Assembly (NCBI GenBank): GCA_041494685.1
Contig: JBGQBE010000009.1
Location: 15,054-79,053 of the forward strand
Source: Dehalococcoidia bacterium
GTDB taxonomy: Bacteria; Chloroflexota; Dehalococcoidia; DSTF01; JACRBR01
Direction of reading: 5' to 3'
DNA length: 64,000 nt
Positions 47,386-57,372 of this stretch are shown piece after piece. The first letter of the stretch is position 1, and every line of letters begins with the position of its first letter. Position numbers and translations under genes: made by a program. Below the pieces are notes generated by a model. The model had not been told where the DNA came from. It made no database searches and saw only the letters and a list, made by a program, of their open reading frames with translations.

Positions 47386-48570
47386 TTATGCGACTCCCTG
47401 CTTCTCCTCGTACGCCGCCAGGGCGTCGATGGTCTCGAGTCCGCCCGCGGCGGTGTTGCCGATGGCGAACAGCACCGCCTCATCCGCCATCTCGCCCACG
47501 ATGCGTGCGACGATCGCCTGCGGCTGTGCCAGCGCACAGTCAACCAGCGCGGCGGGATCGACGCCGGCGTCGCGGGCGGCATTCAGTACGCTCCGCACGT
47601 CCGTGCCGGCGACGAAGTAGCGCGCAGCGGGGATCTTCGCCATGAGCTGGCCGAGCTGGATAGAGCGCAGCGGGCGGTCGCGGCGCGCATTCACCAACAG
47701 GAATACCGGGCACTCCCAGCGCCCTTCGATGAGGCGGTGATGCAGGAACAGCGTCGAGTCCGGATCGTTGGCGGCCAGCGCGTTGATCACGTGCAGCACG
47801 CGATGCCGCGCGCCTGCGTCGATGCGGGCCTCGAACACGCGCAGCACGCCCGGGTCCGGGCGCGTGACCGCCATGGCAGCGAGCGCCACGTCGCGCGGGA
47901 CGCCGAGCTCCGCGCAGACGCGCAGCGCCACGGCGACGTTCTCGCGGTGCTCGTAGTACTCGAACGTTTCCAGTTCCGCCTCGTCGACTTCGTCAGCGGA
48001 CGCGATCACCACGCGCGACTTGCGCGCGCGCGCCACCCGCTCGAAGTACTCGACGCCGGGGCCGGGCGTGGTCACGAGCAGACCCCCGTGGGGCACGGTG
48101 CTCGCGAGGGCCTCGGCGACGCCCTCGAAGCGGTCGCCGTACACCTCCAGGTGGTCAGCGCGCACGTTCGTAATGACACCGATCGTCGACTGCACGAACG
48201 CATCCTCGGCGACTTCCTGGTATTGCCGCTGGACGGCCATGCACTCGATGACGAGCGCGTCCACGCCTTCGCGCGCGGCGAGCGAGATGATCGTCCGCTG
48301 CTCGCTGAGGCTCGCGCCGTTCATCCGCGCGATGGGGATCTCCCGGCCGCTGGCGTCGATGACGTTGGGCAGGGTGCCGGTCACCTTGGCCCAGGTGTGC
48401 ACGCCGCCGCCGCGAAGGCCGGCCGCGATGAGGCGCGTCACGCTGGACTTGCCCCGGATGCCGTTGACGTGGATACGGTGGCGGATGGAGCGTCGCGCGC
48501 GACTGTGCAGGGCGCGCTCCGCGACGAGCAGCATCAGCACGATGCTCACGAGGACTGCGAAGTAGGTCAT
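47386..48570 (-). CDS. pgsB: Poly-gamma-glutamate synthase PgsB/CapB
   Basis: IHVNGIRGKSSVTRLI, ECMAV, ITNVRADH, AANDPDST, R.DR..RS, IGN. Confidence 0.94.
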   Translation of the reverse strand: MTYFAVLVSIVLMLLVAERALHSRARRSIRHRIHVNGIRGKSSVTRLIAAGLRGGGVHTWAKVTGTLPNVIDASGREIPIARMNGASLSEQRTIISLAAREGVDALVIECMAVQRQYQEVAEDAFVQSTIGVITNVRADHLEVYGDRFEGVAEALASTVPHGGLLVTTPGPGVEYFERVARARKSRVVIASADEVDEAELETFEYYEHRENVAVALRVCAELGVPRDVALAAMAVTRPDPGVLRVFEARIDAGARHRVLHVINALAANDPDSTLFLHHRLIEGRWECPVFLLVNARRDRPLRSIQLGQLMAKIPAARYFVAGTDVRSVLNAARDAGVDPAALVDCALAQPQAIVARIVGEMADEAVLFAIGNTAAGGLETIDALAAYEEKQGVA

Positions 48571-48794
48571 GCGTACGATCCTGTGTCGCGGAGACTACGC
48601 GGCGCCGCGGCCGCGGATTGCCAGAACTCTCTGCCTGCGGGGCGCCATTCGGTGAACGTTGTCAATGTTGATATCTGCCGCGGACGACGGGGGTAACGGT
48701 CCGGCGGCGCCATCTTTGCTTGACATGCGCCCGGCAGGATTCGGTGGAAGGGCACCGCCACTGTCGAGTCGCAGGCCGATTATCAGCGCCATGC

Positions 48795-48822
48795 GTTAAC
48801 GATCAGTGAACGGATCATGAAA
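48795..48822 (-). promoter_or_regulatory. Putative OmpR/PhoP-type direct-repeat box upstream of pgsB
   Basis: TTTCAT-N5-GTTCAC-N5-GTTAAC on minus strand, 11-bp period. Confidence 0.4.
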
Positions 48823-49042
48823 CGGCCGGGCGATACCGGTTGGAAGTCACCAATATGACAAGGAAGCGCATGTAGTCGATCAGAACTCAAGCCAGGCACC
48901 GGCGAGGTGCAGCCGACGATCAGCAGCCTGCTCGCCGTCGGGCGCGCTGACTGGGGAGGAGGAGCGAACGCCGCGATGAGTGCGAGCGGCCTGGCTCACG
49001 GCGCTGCGAGGGATCTCGCGGCCTCCGCAGAAGAGTGCGCGC

Positions 49043-49753
49043 TCAGACGAACGGGAGCTCGTAGCCGAGATACGCGAGCAAGATGCCGCGCAGGATCTTT
49101 CCGGCCACTGCGGCGATGAAGAAGCGGCGGAAGGACATCCGGACTGAGCCGGCGGTGAGACCAGCCACTTCGAAGAACGGGTTCGGCACGGCCGAGAGGA
49201 CGAAGAGTGTCACCATTCCCCAGTGCGCCATCAGCCACCGCGTGCCGGACGTCATACGCCTCACGCCGCTGCGGAACCATCGAGGACCGGGAATCTCCCG
49301 CCCGCGCGCGAGTTCGGCGCCCAGGTAGCCCGCGTAGTACAGCGTCACCTCGCCGAGACCCATCGCCGTTCCACCCAACAGGCCGATCAGCCACGGATAG
49401 GCGCTGTGCTCTCCTTCGCGGATGATCAGCGCCTGTCCCGTAGCGGTGAGTCCCGGCACCGGGATCACCACGGTCGACGTGCTGAGCAGGTTCGTGACAA
49501 ACACGCCGAAGTAGCCGAAGCCTTCCAGATGATCGGTGACGCTGGGGAAGATGAGCAGCAAAGAGCCGGGTAGAAGCGCGCCGAGCAGGATCGACCCGAC
49601 CGCCAGGAGGCGGACGACGGTGTGTTCGGCGAGCCAGCCCGAGGCTCGCAGCACCGCGCGATCCAGCGACGAGGGCGCCCGCTCGGCGACGGCTTCGGCC
49701 GCGCGCTGGAGCAGCCGATCCGAGTCCGGCTTGGGGTCCGACCGCTGCGCCAT
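49043..49753 (-). CDS. VTT/DedA (SNARE-associated) family membrane protein
   Basis: VIPVPG, GLGEVTLYYAG, PNPFFEVAGLTAG, GKILR. Confidence 0.82.
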   Translation of the reverse strand: MAQRSDPKPDSDRLLQRAAEAVAERAPSSLDRAVLRASGWLAEHTVVRLLAVGSILLGALLPGSLLLIFPSVTDHLEGFGYFGVFVTNLLSTSTVVIPVPGLTATGQALIIREGEHSAYPWLIGLLGGTAMGLGEVTLYYAGYLGAELARGREIPGPRWFRSGVRRMTSGTRWLMAHWGMVTLFVLSAVPNPFFEVAGLTAGSVRMSFRRFFIAAVAGKILRGILLAYLGYELPFV

Positions 49754-50023
49754 GACGGCAGTGTACGCCGCGACGAGCGAGAGTGGGCCGCATGCCGTCG
49801 TGGCCGCGACGCTGCAGACCGTATCGTCTCGACATGCTCGCGGGCACGTGCATCGTGGAGAAGCCCGGGGGCATGCATGAGGCTCATCTCCACACCGCAG
49901 CGTGAGGGAATACGAATCTTGACGCAGTGCGGGACGCTTTCTTCGGCCCTTCTCATCTTGGTGGAGAACGCAGGTGGTAGGATCGGGGCCGCTGACGGGG
50001 GAGCGACACGGAGGAGTAATCTC

Positions 50024-50886
50024 ATGGTCCGGACGCTGACCGCGCTCTTGGCTGTGGCCTGCCTTGCGCTGACAGGTTGCGGTAGCTCGTCACACGGCGA
50101 CGTGGCTAGTCCCTCGCCGAGTTCCCCTACCGCAGGCAGCACTCCGCGCTCGTCGCTCGCAGGCGAAACCACGGGTAGCACACCAAGCACCGCGATCCAC
50201 GGAAGTCCATCGGCAGCCGCGAGCACGCCGGCAGGGACGGACGCGTTTTCCAGCCTGCCGGCGGACGCACCGACGATCGTGCTGCAGAGTGGCACTCCGA
50301 TCGCAGTCCCGACGATGCCGCCGGATCTCGAGCCGAGTACGCCCGTGGGTGGCGCGACGCCTGGGGCTGCAGCGACAGTCGTCGCGCCACCCCTGCCGAC
50401 GATCGCGCCCGACACCTCGCCCAAGCCCGTGCCACCGATGGCGCCGCCTTCTATGTGGCTGCACCCGCCACAGCGTCCGGCGAATTCACGGTAACCGTCG
50501 GACTCACGGGAGCTGCGCCGGCCTATAAGGGTTGGAGCATTCTCCTGCAGTACGATGCGACAGTCGTGGAGGCAGAGCCGAACACCACCATCGGAAACCT
50601 GGTCGCTGATGCGGCGAACTGGGCCTTCTGCCCGAACGCGGTCGTCGATCCGTCGACGACAGGTACGAAGGGCACGGTGCTCTGGGGGTGTGTTCGCCTT
50701 GGCCCGGATACGGTGACGACGATTGGTGTCGCCGGAGTGTTCCACTTCAAGACGGTCGGACATGGCGTCACCAGGCTGCACCTCGTCACGTATCAAGAAG
50801 CTGGTGAGGCAGGGACGCTGCTGCTGGATGCGAACTCCGATCCTCGCAACGACCAGACCGTCGATACCTCGGTCACTGCTCAATGA
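50024..50886 (+). pseudogene. Lipoprotein with cohesin-like C-terminal domain, split by a -1 frameshift near 50430
   Basis: Lipobox LTGC + S/T/P linker in one frame; ATDGAAFYVAAP..FTVTVGL..LQYD continues in the adjacent frame. Confidence 0.6.
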
Positions 50887-51063
50887 AGTTCGGCAGGGAC
50901 GGTTGGCGCGCGGGCGACAGACACCCGCGTAGTGGTCGCTGGCTGCTCGCCGATCGGCAATGAAGCTTCTGCGAGCGCATCGTACTTGACAAGTCGAACA
51001 TGGGTGTTACGCTCTTGAGCGGTGAGGCGGGAGATCAGCGCCCCACGTTGCGAGGAGGTGCGT

Positions 51064-51216
51064 ATGGATACGCCCGCTCCGTACCTGCACTGGTACTTCA
51101 TCCTCATCTCTGTCCCAAACCTCGTATTGATCGTGGTGATGCTGGCGGTCTTCGCGCTTGCACTGGTCGCACCGTTCCCCGGTCACGGGGATTCGGGCGC
51201 GAAGCGGAAGAGATGA
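51064..51216 (+). CDS. Small membrane protein preceding cytochrome b
   Basis: GAGGAGGT RBS; YLHW..I.ISVPNL...ALVAPFP; ATGA-coupled to next gene. Confidence 0.75.
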   Translation: MDTPAPYLHWYFILISVPNLVLIVVMLAVFALALVAPFPGHGDSGAKRKR

Positions 51217-51875
51217 GCGCCGCACAGAGCTCGCTGCCTCGGGACGACGAGAACGGGGGATGGACCGGCGCGGTCCGGCGCGCCGTCGTGCGCCGGCTCC
51301 CGCCGGACGAGTTGCTCCCGACCCATCAGCCGTCCTACGTGCGATCCTGGACGTACCTTTTCGGCGTGATCACGATCGCGGCGCTGATCTGGCTGCTGGT
51401 GAGCGGCACGATCCTGGCGCTCCGCGGCCCTCAGTGGTGGCACCATTCGACGAGCGGCAAGTTCGTGAACAGCCTGCATTACTGGGGCGTGCAGATCTTC
51501 TTCGTATTCATGGTGCTGCACCTGTGGGCGATGTTCTGGGGCGCGGCGTGGCGGCATGGGCGGGGGCTCACATGGGTCATCGGGTCGATCATCTTCTTCG
51601 TCAGCATCCCCGCGGCGTTCACGGGCTACATCTCCCAGCAGAACTTTGACGGGCAGTGGATCGCCGTGAACGCGAAGGACGCGCTGAACGCGTCTGGCGT
51701 GGGGCGGATCTTCAATCCGTTGAACTTCGGACAGGCGTACGGGATCCACGTGGCCCTGCTACCGATCGCGCTGGTCCTCTTGGTGGCGATGCACATCGTC
51801 ATGGTGCGAGTGAAGGGCGTCGTCCGGCCGCTTGGCGCCCCTCCGCTGTCCACTGACGCTGAGGCGTCACAGTGA
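51213..51875 (+). CDS. Cytochrome b/b6 N-terminal domain protein
   Basis: Four heme-ligand His (SLHYW..VLHLW; GIHVAL..AMHIV), FTGY, 4 TMs. Confidence 0.88.
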   Translation: MSAAQSSLPRDDENGGWTGAVRRAVVRRLPPDELLPTHQPSYVRSWTYLFGVITIAALIWLLVSGTILALRGPQWWHHSTSGKFVNSLHYWGVQIFFVFMVLHLWAMFWGAAWRHGRGLTWVIGSIIFFVSIPAAFTGYISQQNFDGQWIAVNAKDALNASGVGRIFNPLNFGQAYGIHVALLPIALVLLVAMHIVMVRVKGVVRPLGAPPLSTDAEASQ

Positions 51876-52861
51876 GGCGACCTTTGGACAAGGCAACGTA
51901 CTACCGCGGCGTTCGGATGGTGCCGTACGACCTGGTCAAGGAGCTGGTGTTCGCCAGCGCGGCGGTGCTCATCGTGATCGTCGTCCTTGCTGCGGCACTG
52001 TCGTCGCCGGACGTACCGTCGCTGACGATCGCGCGCTGGTCGCAGGAGGATCCGGTCGACTTCGTGACGACGGCGACGGCCGAGCTCGCTGGCTCGAGCG
52101 ACAGCGCGCAGTATGGTCCACCGTACAACAACGGCGACGGTGCGGTTCAGCACCTGTGGTTCCTGCACCCGCAGGAGTGGGCGGGCGTGCACTATGGCGT
52201 GGACACCGCGCAGCAGTTTGTGCTGAACCCGCTGCAGCAGGCAGCAACCGGCGATCCGACGATGGCGAGCGCACTGTCCACCTACAACGGGGCGGACAGC
52301 ACGCAGCAGGCGGCGTGGTCCGACGCCTACGCCACGGCGCTAGCCGATGCGACCACCGAGAACGGCCGGGTCAGCGTCACCACGGGCGACTACGGGCCCC
52401 TCCCCGTGATGATGAACCGGCTGCTGAGCCTGGCGCAGAGCGGAGCGCTAGACGGGTTGCTGCTGGTCACCGGGAACTTCTACGAAACGGACTACACGAA
52501 GCCGCTGCTGTACATGGGCGACGGCGGATACCTGGCATCGCTGGCGGAAAACGAGAAGCTGACGGGCAGCCAGTGGGGGATGATGAACGAGACCGGGCGC
52601 TACCCCGGTCAGACATGGCTGTGGCTGTTCACCGTGTGGTACCAGGTGGCGCCGTTCAATCGTGTCCACGGCTTCCTCGGGGTGAACGCCGCGAACGCGG
52701 ATCTGGCGATCATCTTCGTGATGGTCGTGTTGAGCGCGGCGCTTGTGGCAGTCCCGTTCATCCCCGGACTACGCGACATCCCGCGGTGGATCCCCATCCA
52801 CAAGCTGATCTGGCGCCACTACTACGCGGAGATGAAGAGCGGGCACGACCCGCCCGCGTAG
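51872..52861 (+). CDS. Membrane protein partnered with cytochrome b (subunit-IV-like ends, large external insert)
   Basis: PYDLVKE + TM, soluble region, PGQTWLWLF..WY + TM + PFIPGLRDIP; GTGA-coupled. Confidence 0.75.
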   Translation: MRRPLDKATYYRGVRMVPYDLVKELVFASAAVLIVIVVLAAALSSPDVPSLTIARWSQEDPVDFVTTATAELAGSSDSAQYGPPYNNGDGAVQHLWFLHPQEWAGVHYGVDTAQQFVLNPLQQAATGDPTMASALSTYNGADSTQQAAWSDAYATALADATTENGRVSVTTGDYGPLPVMMNRLLSLAQSGALDGLLLVTGNFYETDYTKPLLYMGDGGYLASLAENEKLTGSQWGMMNETGRYPGQTWLWLFTVWYQVAPFNRVHGFLGVNAANADLAIIFVMVVLSAALVAVPFIPGLRDIPRWIPIHKLIWRHYYAEMKSGHDPPA

Positions 52862-53000
52862 GCTCCACGAGTCACGTTGGCCACGCCGCACCGCCACTTG
52901 CGCCATCGCGTCGCCAACGGCAGCGGCGCTCCCGATCCGCGGGCGGCCCAGACTCGACGTACTGGCGCACGCCCGGAGAACCGTCTCGTGCACCAGCGCC

Positions 53001-53800
53001 CTATTGCCCAGCCATGCTCATGTTCGTCGTACCCATCGCCGTCGGGAGCGCGTCGGGGACGAACAGGATGAACGCGCCGTACGCGACCAGGCCAATCGCA
53101 GCGAACATGACGGCGGCGCGGCTGAGCGGCGAAGACTTCTCAACGAAGATGAGCAGCGTGATCAGCGCCATCGCCGCGACGTTCATGATGCCGAGCGGGA
53201 ACAGGATCACGAACAGCATCCAGCAGCAGCCCAGGCAGTAGACGCCGTGCTCGACCCCCATGCGCCCCACGCGCCGCCGGAACCGTCGCGCCATGACGTC
53301 AGGATGAACTGCATCGGGGTGCGGCACCTGGACAGGCACACATCCTTGAGCGGCGAGAGCTGGTAGAGACCTGCCGCGATCAGCACGCCGCCGCCGATGC
53401 GCGGCGCTGCGTGCATCAGCCACGACGAGCGGTCCGCCAGGCGCTCCGCGCCGACGGCGCCGCCATACGCCAGCACACCGAACGCGGTCCAGATGACGAG
53501 ATACGCGCCGACGAAGATCCACACCGGCACCGCCGCCTGCCCGCGCGCGCCCTTGCCCTTCTGGATGCGCGCGAACATCAGGATCATCGGCGCGGCGGTC
53601 GGGAACATCATGGCGACCATCATCGCCACCCACAGCGCCAGGAAGAGCGGCGTCGCCATACCCATCGTCAGGCCCATGTCGCTGCCGTCGGACGCGGACC
53701 ATCGCCACACGACGGCCGCCCAGCATGCTGCGGACAGGATCAGGAGTGCCGCGAGTATCGCGTTGCGTTCCCGCCCGAGCGGGTACGTCGTGGAAGGCAC
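53001..53800 (-). pseudogene. DUF2182 metal-binding membrane protein, frameshifted at the G-run near 53265-53268
   Basis: WVAMMVAMMFP, YQLSPLKDVCLSRCRTP in one frame; GVYCLGCCWML..G.MN..EK in another. Confidence 0.82.
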
Positions 53801-53805
53801 GGCGT

Positions 53806-53865
53806 TCAATTGCCCGACCAGCTGATCGGCGCGTAATGGCCGTTCTTGCCCGAGTTGTAAGCCAT
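53806..53865 (-). pseudogene. 19-aa in-frame remnant of a DUF1326 gene
   Basis: AGGAGGT RBS then MAYNSGKNGHYAPISWSGN*; C-terminus resembles the DUF1326 family, in the usual position upstream of DUF2182. Confidence 0.65.
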
Positions 53866-54159
53866 GTGGCACCTCCTAATCCGCAGGACTGTCCTTCCGA
53901 TCGGAGAGGCGCATATTCTGCACCATCATTGACGTGGTTGACAAGCTGTTTTGCGGCGAAAAACCTGGGCGGTCACGCCACGCGCTTTGGTCATCATGTG
54001 TCAGTTCCGCTTCGGTCTTTCGTCGTACAACGACGCCTGAAGCGGCCTTACGGCCTGCGAAAACTGCAATCCTTACCTGCAGACGGACGCAGATGCACGG
54101 CGGGATAATGGCGTCGCGGACGGGCGATGCCAGCGGGCTCGCGTCGCAGGAGCAGGATC

Positions 54160-55608
54160 ATGACCGTCCACGATGACACCCAAGCGCCGGCCACGATGCC
54201 GACCGCCCTGGCCAGCTTCATCGAGGCTGAGCGCCGTCGCGCCGACGTTGCCGGCGCGGCGGTTGTCGCATTCGATCGCGAAGGCGTCCGCTTCGAGGGT
54301 TACTTCGGCTACGCCAACCTCGCGACAAGCGAGCGCGTCACCGCTGGGACGATGTTCCGCGCCGCCTCGATCTCCAAGTTGTTCACGACGTCGCTCGTGC
54401 TGCGGGAGGTGGATGCCGGCACGATCGCGCTCGACGAGCCGGTGAACCGCTACCTGGATGCGCGGGCGCAGATCCGCGATGCCAGGGGGCTGCCGGCGAG
54501 CGATGTCACGGTCCGCCACCTGCTCACCCACACATCGGGTCTTCCGGTCTCGTGGAAGGGGCTCGAGTACGGAAACGTCGTCATGAAGCATCTCACGAAC
54601 GGCGTCCGGCTGCCGGAGACCCTGGAAGACGTCGTCGCAGGCCAGCGGACGATCCGCGAGCCGGGCGTGCGCATCGTCTACGCCAACGGCGGCTTCGCGC
54701 TGCTCGGCTATCTCGTTGCACGGCTCAATCGTCGGCCGTTCGAGGACCTGGTGCGGGAGCGCGTACTCACGCCGCTCGCGATGCACGAATCAACGTTCGC
54801 CGCCGAGCCGCGCATGCCGCGCCTCGCCGTGCCGTACGGAAAGACGCTCGGCACAGGCGGCGGGCGCAAGCCGGCAGCGACGGTGAAGAATGTGACCGGT
54901 CCGGCCGGCGCGTTGCTGACGACCGGCTCCGAACTCGCGCGCTTCGGCCGCATGGCGCTCAACGGCGGTGAGCTGGACGGCCACCGAGTGCTGCCGTCGC
55001 AGCTGCTGGACGACGCGATGCGCTTCCACGCACGCAATCACCCCGAGCTGGACGATGGCTGGGGCCTGGGCTTTACCGTGGCCGAGTTTCGCGGCCGCCG
55101 CCGCGCCGGCCACGACGGCGGTCTCGCCGGCGTGTCGACGCGCATCACGATGCTGCCCGACAACGGCGTCGGCGTCGTGGTGCTGACCAACGGCGGCGAC
55201 GCCATGTACGTGAGCCGGGTCAGCGAGCGGGTACTGGAGACGATGCTCGGCCTTGAGCCGGAGTTCGTGCCGGGCTCGCCCGCCGGCATCCCAGAGACGC
55301 TCGCCGACGCGTGGCGCGCACACACGCGTCGCGTGGTGGGTGCGTACCGCATGGTTGACTTCGCGCCGCCCGGGCCGATGGCGGCGCTGATGGGCATCAT
55401 GGCGCGTCCGCGCCTGTCGCACGTGAGCGACGGCGTGTTGGCTCTCGATGGCACGGGCTACGAGCCGGCGCTCCTGTACCCCGACGGCGCACCCGGCCAT
55501 TACCGCGCCGCGCACCCGATGATGAACGGCGGCCGCGCCATCGTCGAGGAGCGCCCGGACGGCGTCCACTTCTGGGGCTCGATCCTGCATTTCCAGAAGA
55601 GGCGCTGA
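54160..55608 (+). CDS. Serine hydrolase, beta-lactamase family
   Basis: FRAASISK (SxxK), LLTHTSGL, YAN, GHDGG. Confidence 0.9.
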   Translation: MTVHDDTQAPATMPTALASFIEAERRRADVAGAAVVAFDREGVRFEGYFGYANLATSERVTAGTMFRAASISKLFTTSLVLREVDAGTIALDEPVNRYLDARAQIRDARGLPASDVTVRHLLTHTSGLPVSWKGLEYGNVVMKHLTNGVRLPETLEDVVAGQRTIREPGVRIVYANGGFALLGYLVARLNRRPFEDLVRERVLTPLAMHESTFAAEPRMPRLAVPYGKTLGTGGGRKPAATVKNVTGPAGALLTTGSELARFGRMALNGGELDGHRVLPSQLLDDAMRFHARNHPELDDGWGLGFTVAEFRGRRRAGHDGGLAGVSTRITMLPDNGVGVVVLTNGGDAMYVSRVSERVLETMLGLEPEFVPGSPAGIPETLADAWRAHTRRVVGAYRMVDFAPPGPMAALMGIMARPRLSHVSDGVLALDGTGYEPALLYPDGAPGHYRAAHPMMNGGRAIVEERPDGVHFWGSILHFQKRR

Positions 55609-55890
55609 CCAGATCCGCGACGCGCGCAGCGGATGGACTCTTAAACGGCGGCCTCCTGTTCGCGTCCAGCACCGAGCGTGCTCGCGGCTACCCTCCGGTA
55701 AGAGCAAGGCTCGACGAAGAGGCCCACGGTCACGATGGGCCTCGGGTGAGACGGCGTCAGGGCTCCGCGAGACGTGGCCGCTGCCGGGCGCACGCGATGC
55801 CGCGCGCCGCGGCGGCAGAAACCCGGCGACATGGTAGTCAGAGACAATGAAGCCCCTCTCAAGGCGAGCGGGGCGACTCGACGCGTGCTG

Positions 55891-55913
55891 GTGGCGACCC
55901 CGAAGGGATTCGA
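55891..55913 (-). repeat. tRNA 3'-end fragment (Glu-like), att site copy 1
   Basis: Minus strand reads TCGAATCCCTTCGGGGTCGCCA (T-arm half, acceptor strand, CCA); hairpin at 55852-55874 downstream; no 5' half present. Confidence 0.75.
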
Positions 55914-56091
55914 GGCCGTCGAAAGCACAGAATGCCGAAGGTTGACCGAGGCTGAAGCGGTGGGGCATCACGGTGGTGCCTATCGATGCCAACAAGTGGG
56001 GATTGTAGTCGAATGCCTCGAACATCTCTCAAGACTTCCTACTTCGCCATAGCAGGGTTTCGTATTCCGTGGCTGCACCGCACAAAGCCAT

Positions 56092-56555
56092 CTACCTTGA
56101 GAGATTAGCGACCGGAATCGTCAGTTCCTTATGAGGGTGCACGGCTCTCGTTTGTGCTGATACTGCCTGCAAGAACACGTGCAACATGCGGGGCTCCGCG
56201 GCCTGCGCAGCGGTGGCGCTATTCAAGGCAGCGTAGTGGACGGTCAGCGATTGCAGGTTCGTGAGCGTCTGGAGCCACCGGCCCCCGCCCTGCGGCCCCG
56301 GTCTACCAAAGCCGGTCGAGTAGAACGCGCCCACGCGCTCCCGCAGTGAGGTCGCTTTGCCGATGTATACGATTGCCTCGTCCGGTAGCCATATCGAGCG
56401 ATTCTGCGCTTGAGTTGTGCCGGCGTGGGTCGCTCGCCATCGACCGTCAACAACGGGACGCGGCCAATCCATTCCTCGACCGTCGTTTCGCTGATGGGGG
56501 CGCGTGGTCGTCCGGCCTTCTCGTTTGGAATGGCGTGAAGCGAAACGATGGGAAA
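56092..56555 (-). pseudogene. GIY-YIG-like nuclease remnant (frameshift near 56390, 5' truncated)
   Basis: WLPDEAIVYIGKATSLRERV...GGRWL in one frame, preceded by EEWIGRVPLLTVDGERPT in another; 5' boundary approximate. Confidence 0.55.
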
Positions 56556-56694
56556 TCGACGGCGTACTACTCGACAACGCGAGCGACCTCGCGTACGAGA
56601 CGAGTATGGTTGCGACGCCCGCGCGCTCGTGGCAACAATGTGAGCGATAATATGCTGGCCTGACAATCCAATAGAGCGCTGCGAGGAACCAGAC

Positions 56695-57339
56695 ATGGCA
56701 AGGCTTCGAGTATGTTCATTCACAATTTCGCTTGATGGTTACGGCGCAGGGCCTCGCCAAGGGGTCGAGGATCCACTCGGCGTGGGCGGCGAAGCACTGC
56801 ACGAGTGGTTAGTTGAAACGCGGCAATTCACGGAGCTCTTCGGCGGCGAAGGCGGGACGACAGGCATCGACAACGACTTCGCTGAGCGTGGGTTCGCCGA
56901 CATCGGTGCCTGGATCATGGGTCGAAACATGTTTGGGCCGGTTCGCGGACCGTGGGAGGACGAGAGCTGGCGCGGTTGGTGGGGAGACGATCCGCCCTAT
57001 CACGTGCCGGTGTTCGTGCTGACACACCACACGCGTGTGCCGCTGACGATGGCGGGCGGAACGACGTTCCACTTTGTCACAGAAGGCATCGAGGCGGCCC
57101 TGCAGCAGGCACGCGCCTCCGCGGGCGAAAAGGACATCCGGCTCGGCGGTGGCGTATCGACGATCAGGCAGTACCTCCAGGCGCGCCTGATCGATGAGCT
57201 GCACATCGCCGTCGCGCCGCAGTTGCTCGGGTCGGGCGAGCACCTGCTGGCGGGCATCGACCTTCCGACGCTGGGCTACGAGCGAACTGAGCACGCCGCG
57301 ACGGCAAAGGCGACGCACTTCGTCGTCGTCAAGCGCTGA
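56695..57339 (+). CDS. Dihydrofolate reductase family / RibD C-terminal domain protein
   Basis: ISLDGYGAGP, IMGRNMF, PPYHVPVFVLTHH, GGGVSTIRQYL..LIDELH. Confidence 0.9.
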   Translation: MARLRVCSFTISLDGYGAGPRQGVEDPLGVGGEALHEWLVETRQFTELFGGEGGTTGIDNDFAERGFADIGAWIMGRNMFGPVRGPWEDESWRGWWGDDPPYHVPVFVLTHHTRVPLTMAGGTTFHFVTEGIEAALQQARASAGEKDIRLGGGVSTIRQYLQARLIDELHIAVAPQLLGSGEHLLAGIDLPTLGYERTEHAATAKATHFVVVKR

Positions 57340-57372
57340 CGTGGCGTGAGCTTCGTCCTCGTGGGGGTATAA

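Larger units (their letters stand above)
55891..57372. mobile_element. Degenerate genomic islet between two att copies
   Basis: Bounded by a 17-bp direct repeat; visibly lower GC in part; contains nuclease pseudogene and DHFR-like gene. Confidence 0.6.

Noticed and set aside
53880-54120. Nested hairpins near 54007-54045 as a riboswitch or sRNA
   Set aside because: No recognisable consensus; could be ordinary divergent promoter structure
55891-55965. Complete tRNA gene
   Set aside because: Only about 22 nt of the 3' end match; no anticodon arm, D-arm or 5' acceptor strand
56092-57339. Intact anti-phage defence system in the islet
   Set aside because: Nuclease-like gene is broken and truncated; DHFR-like gene is common cargo
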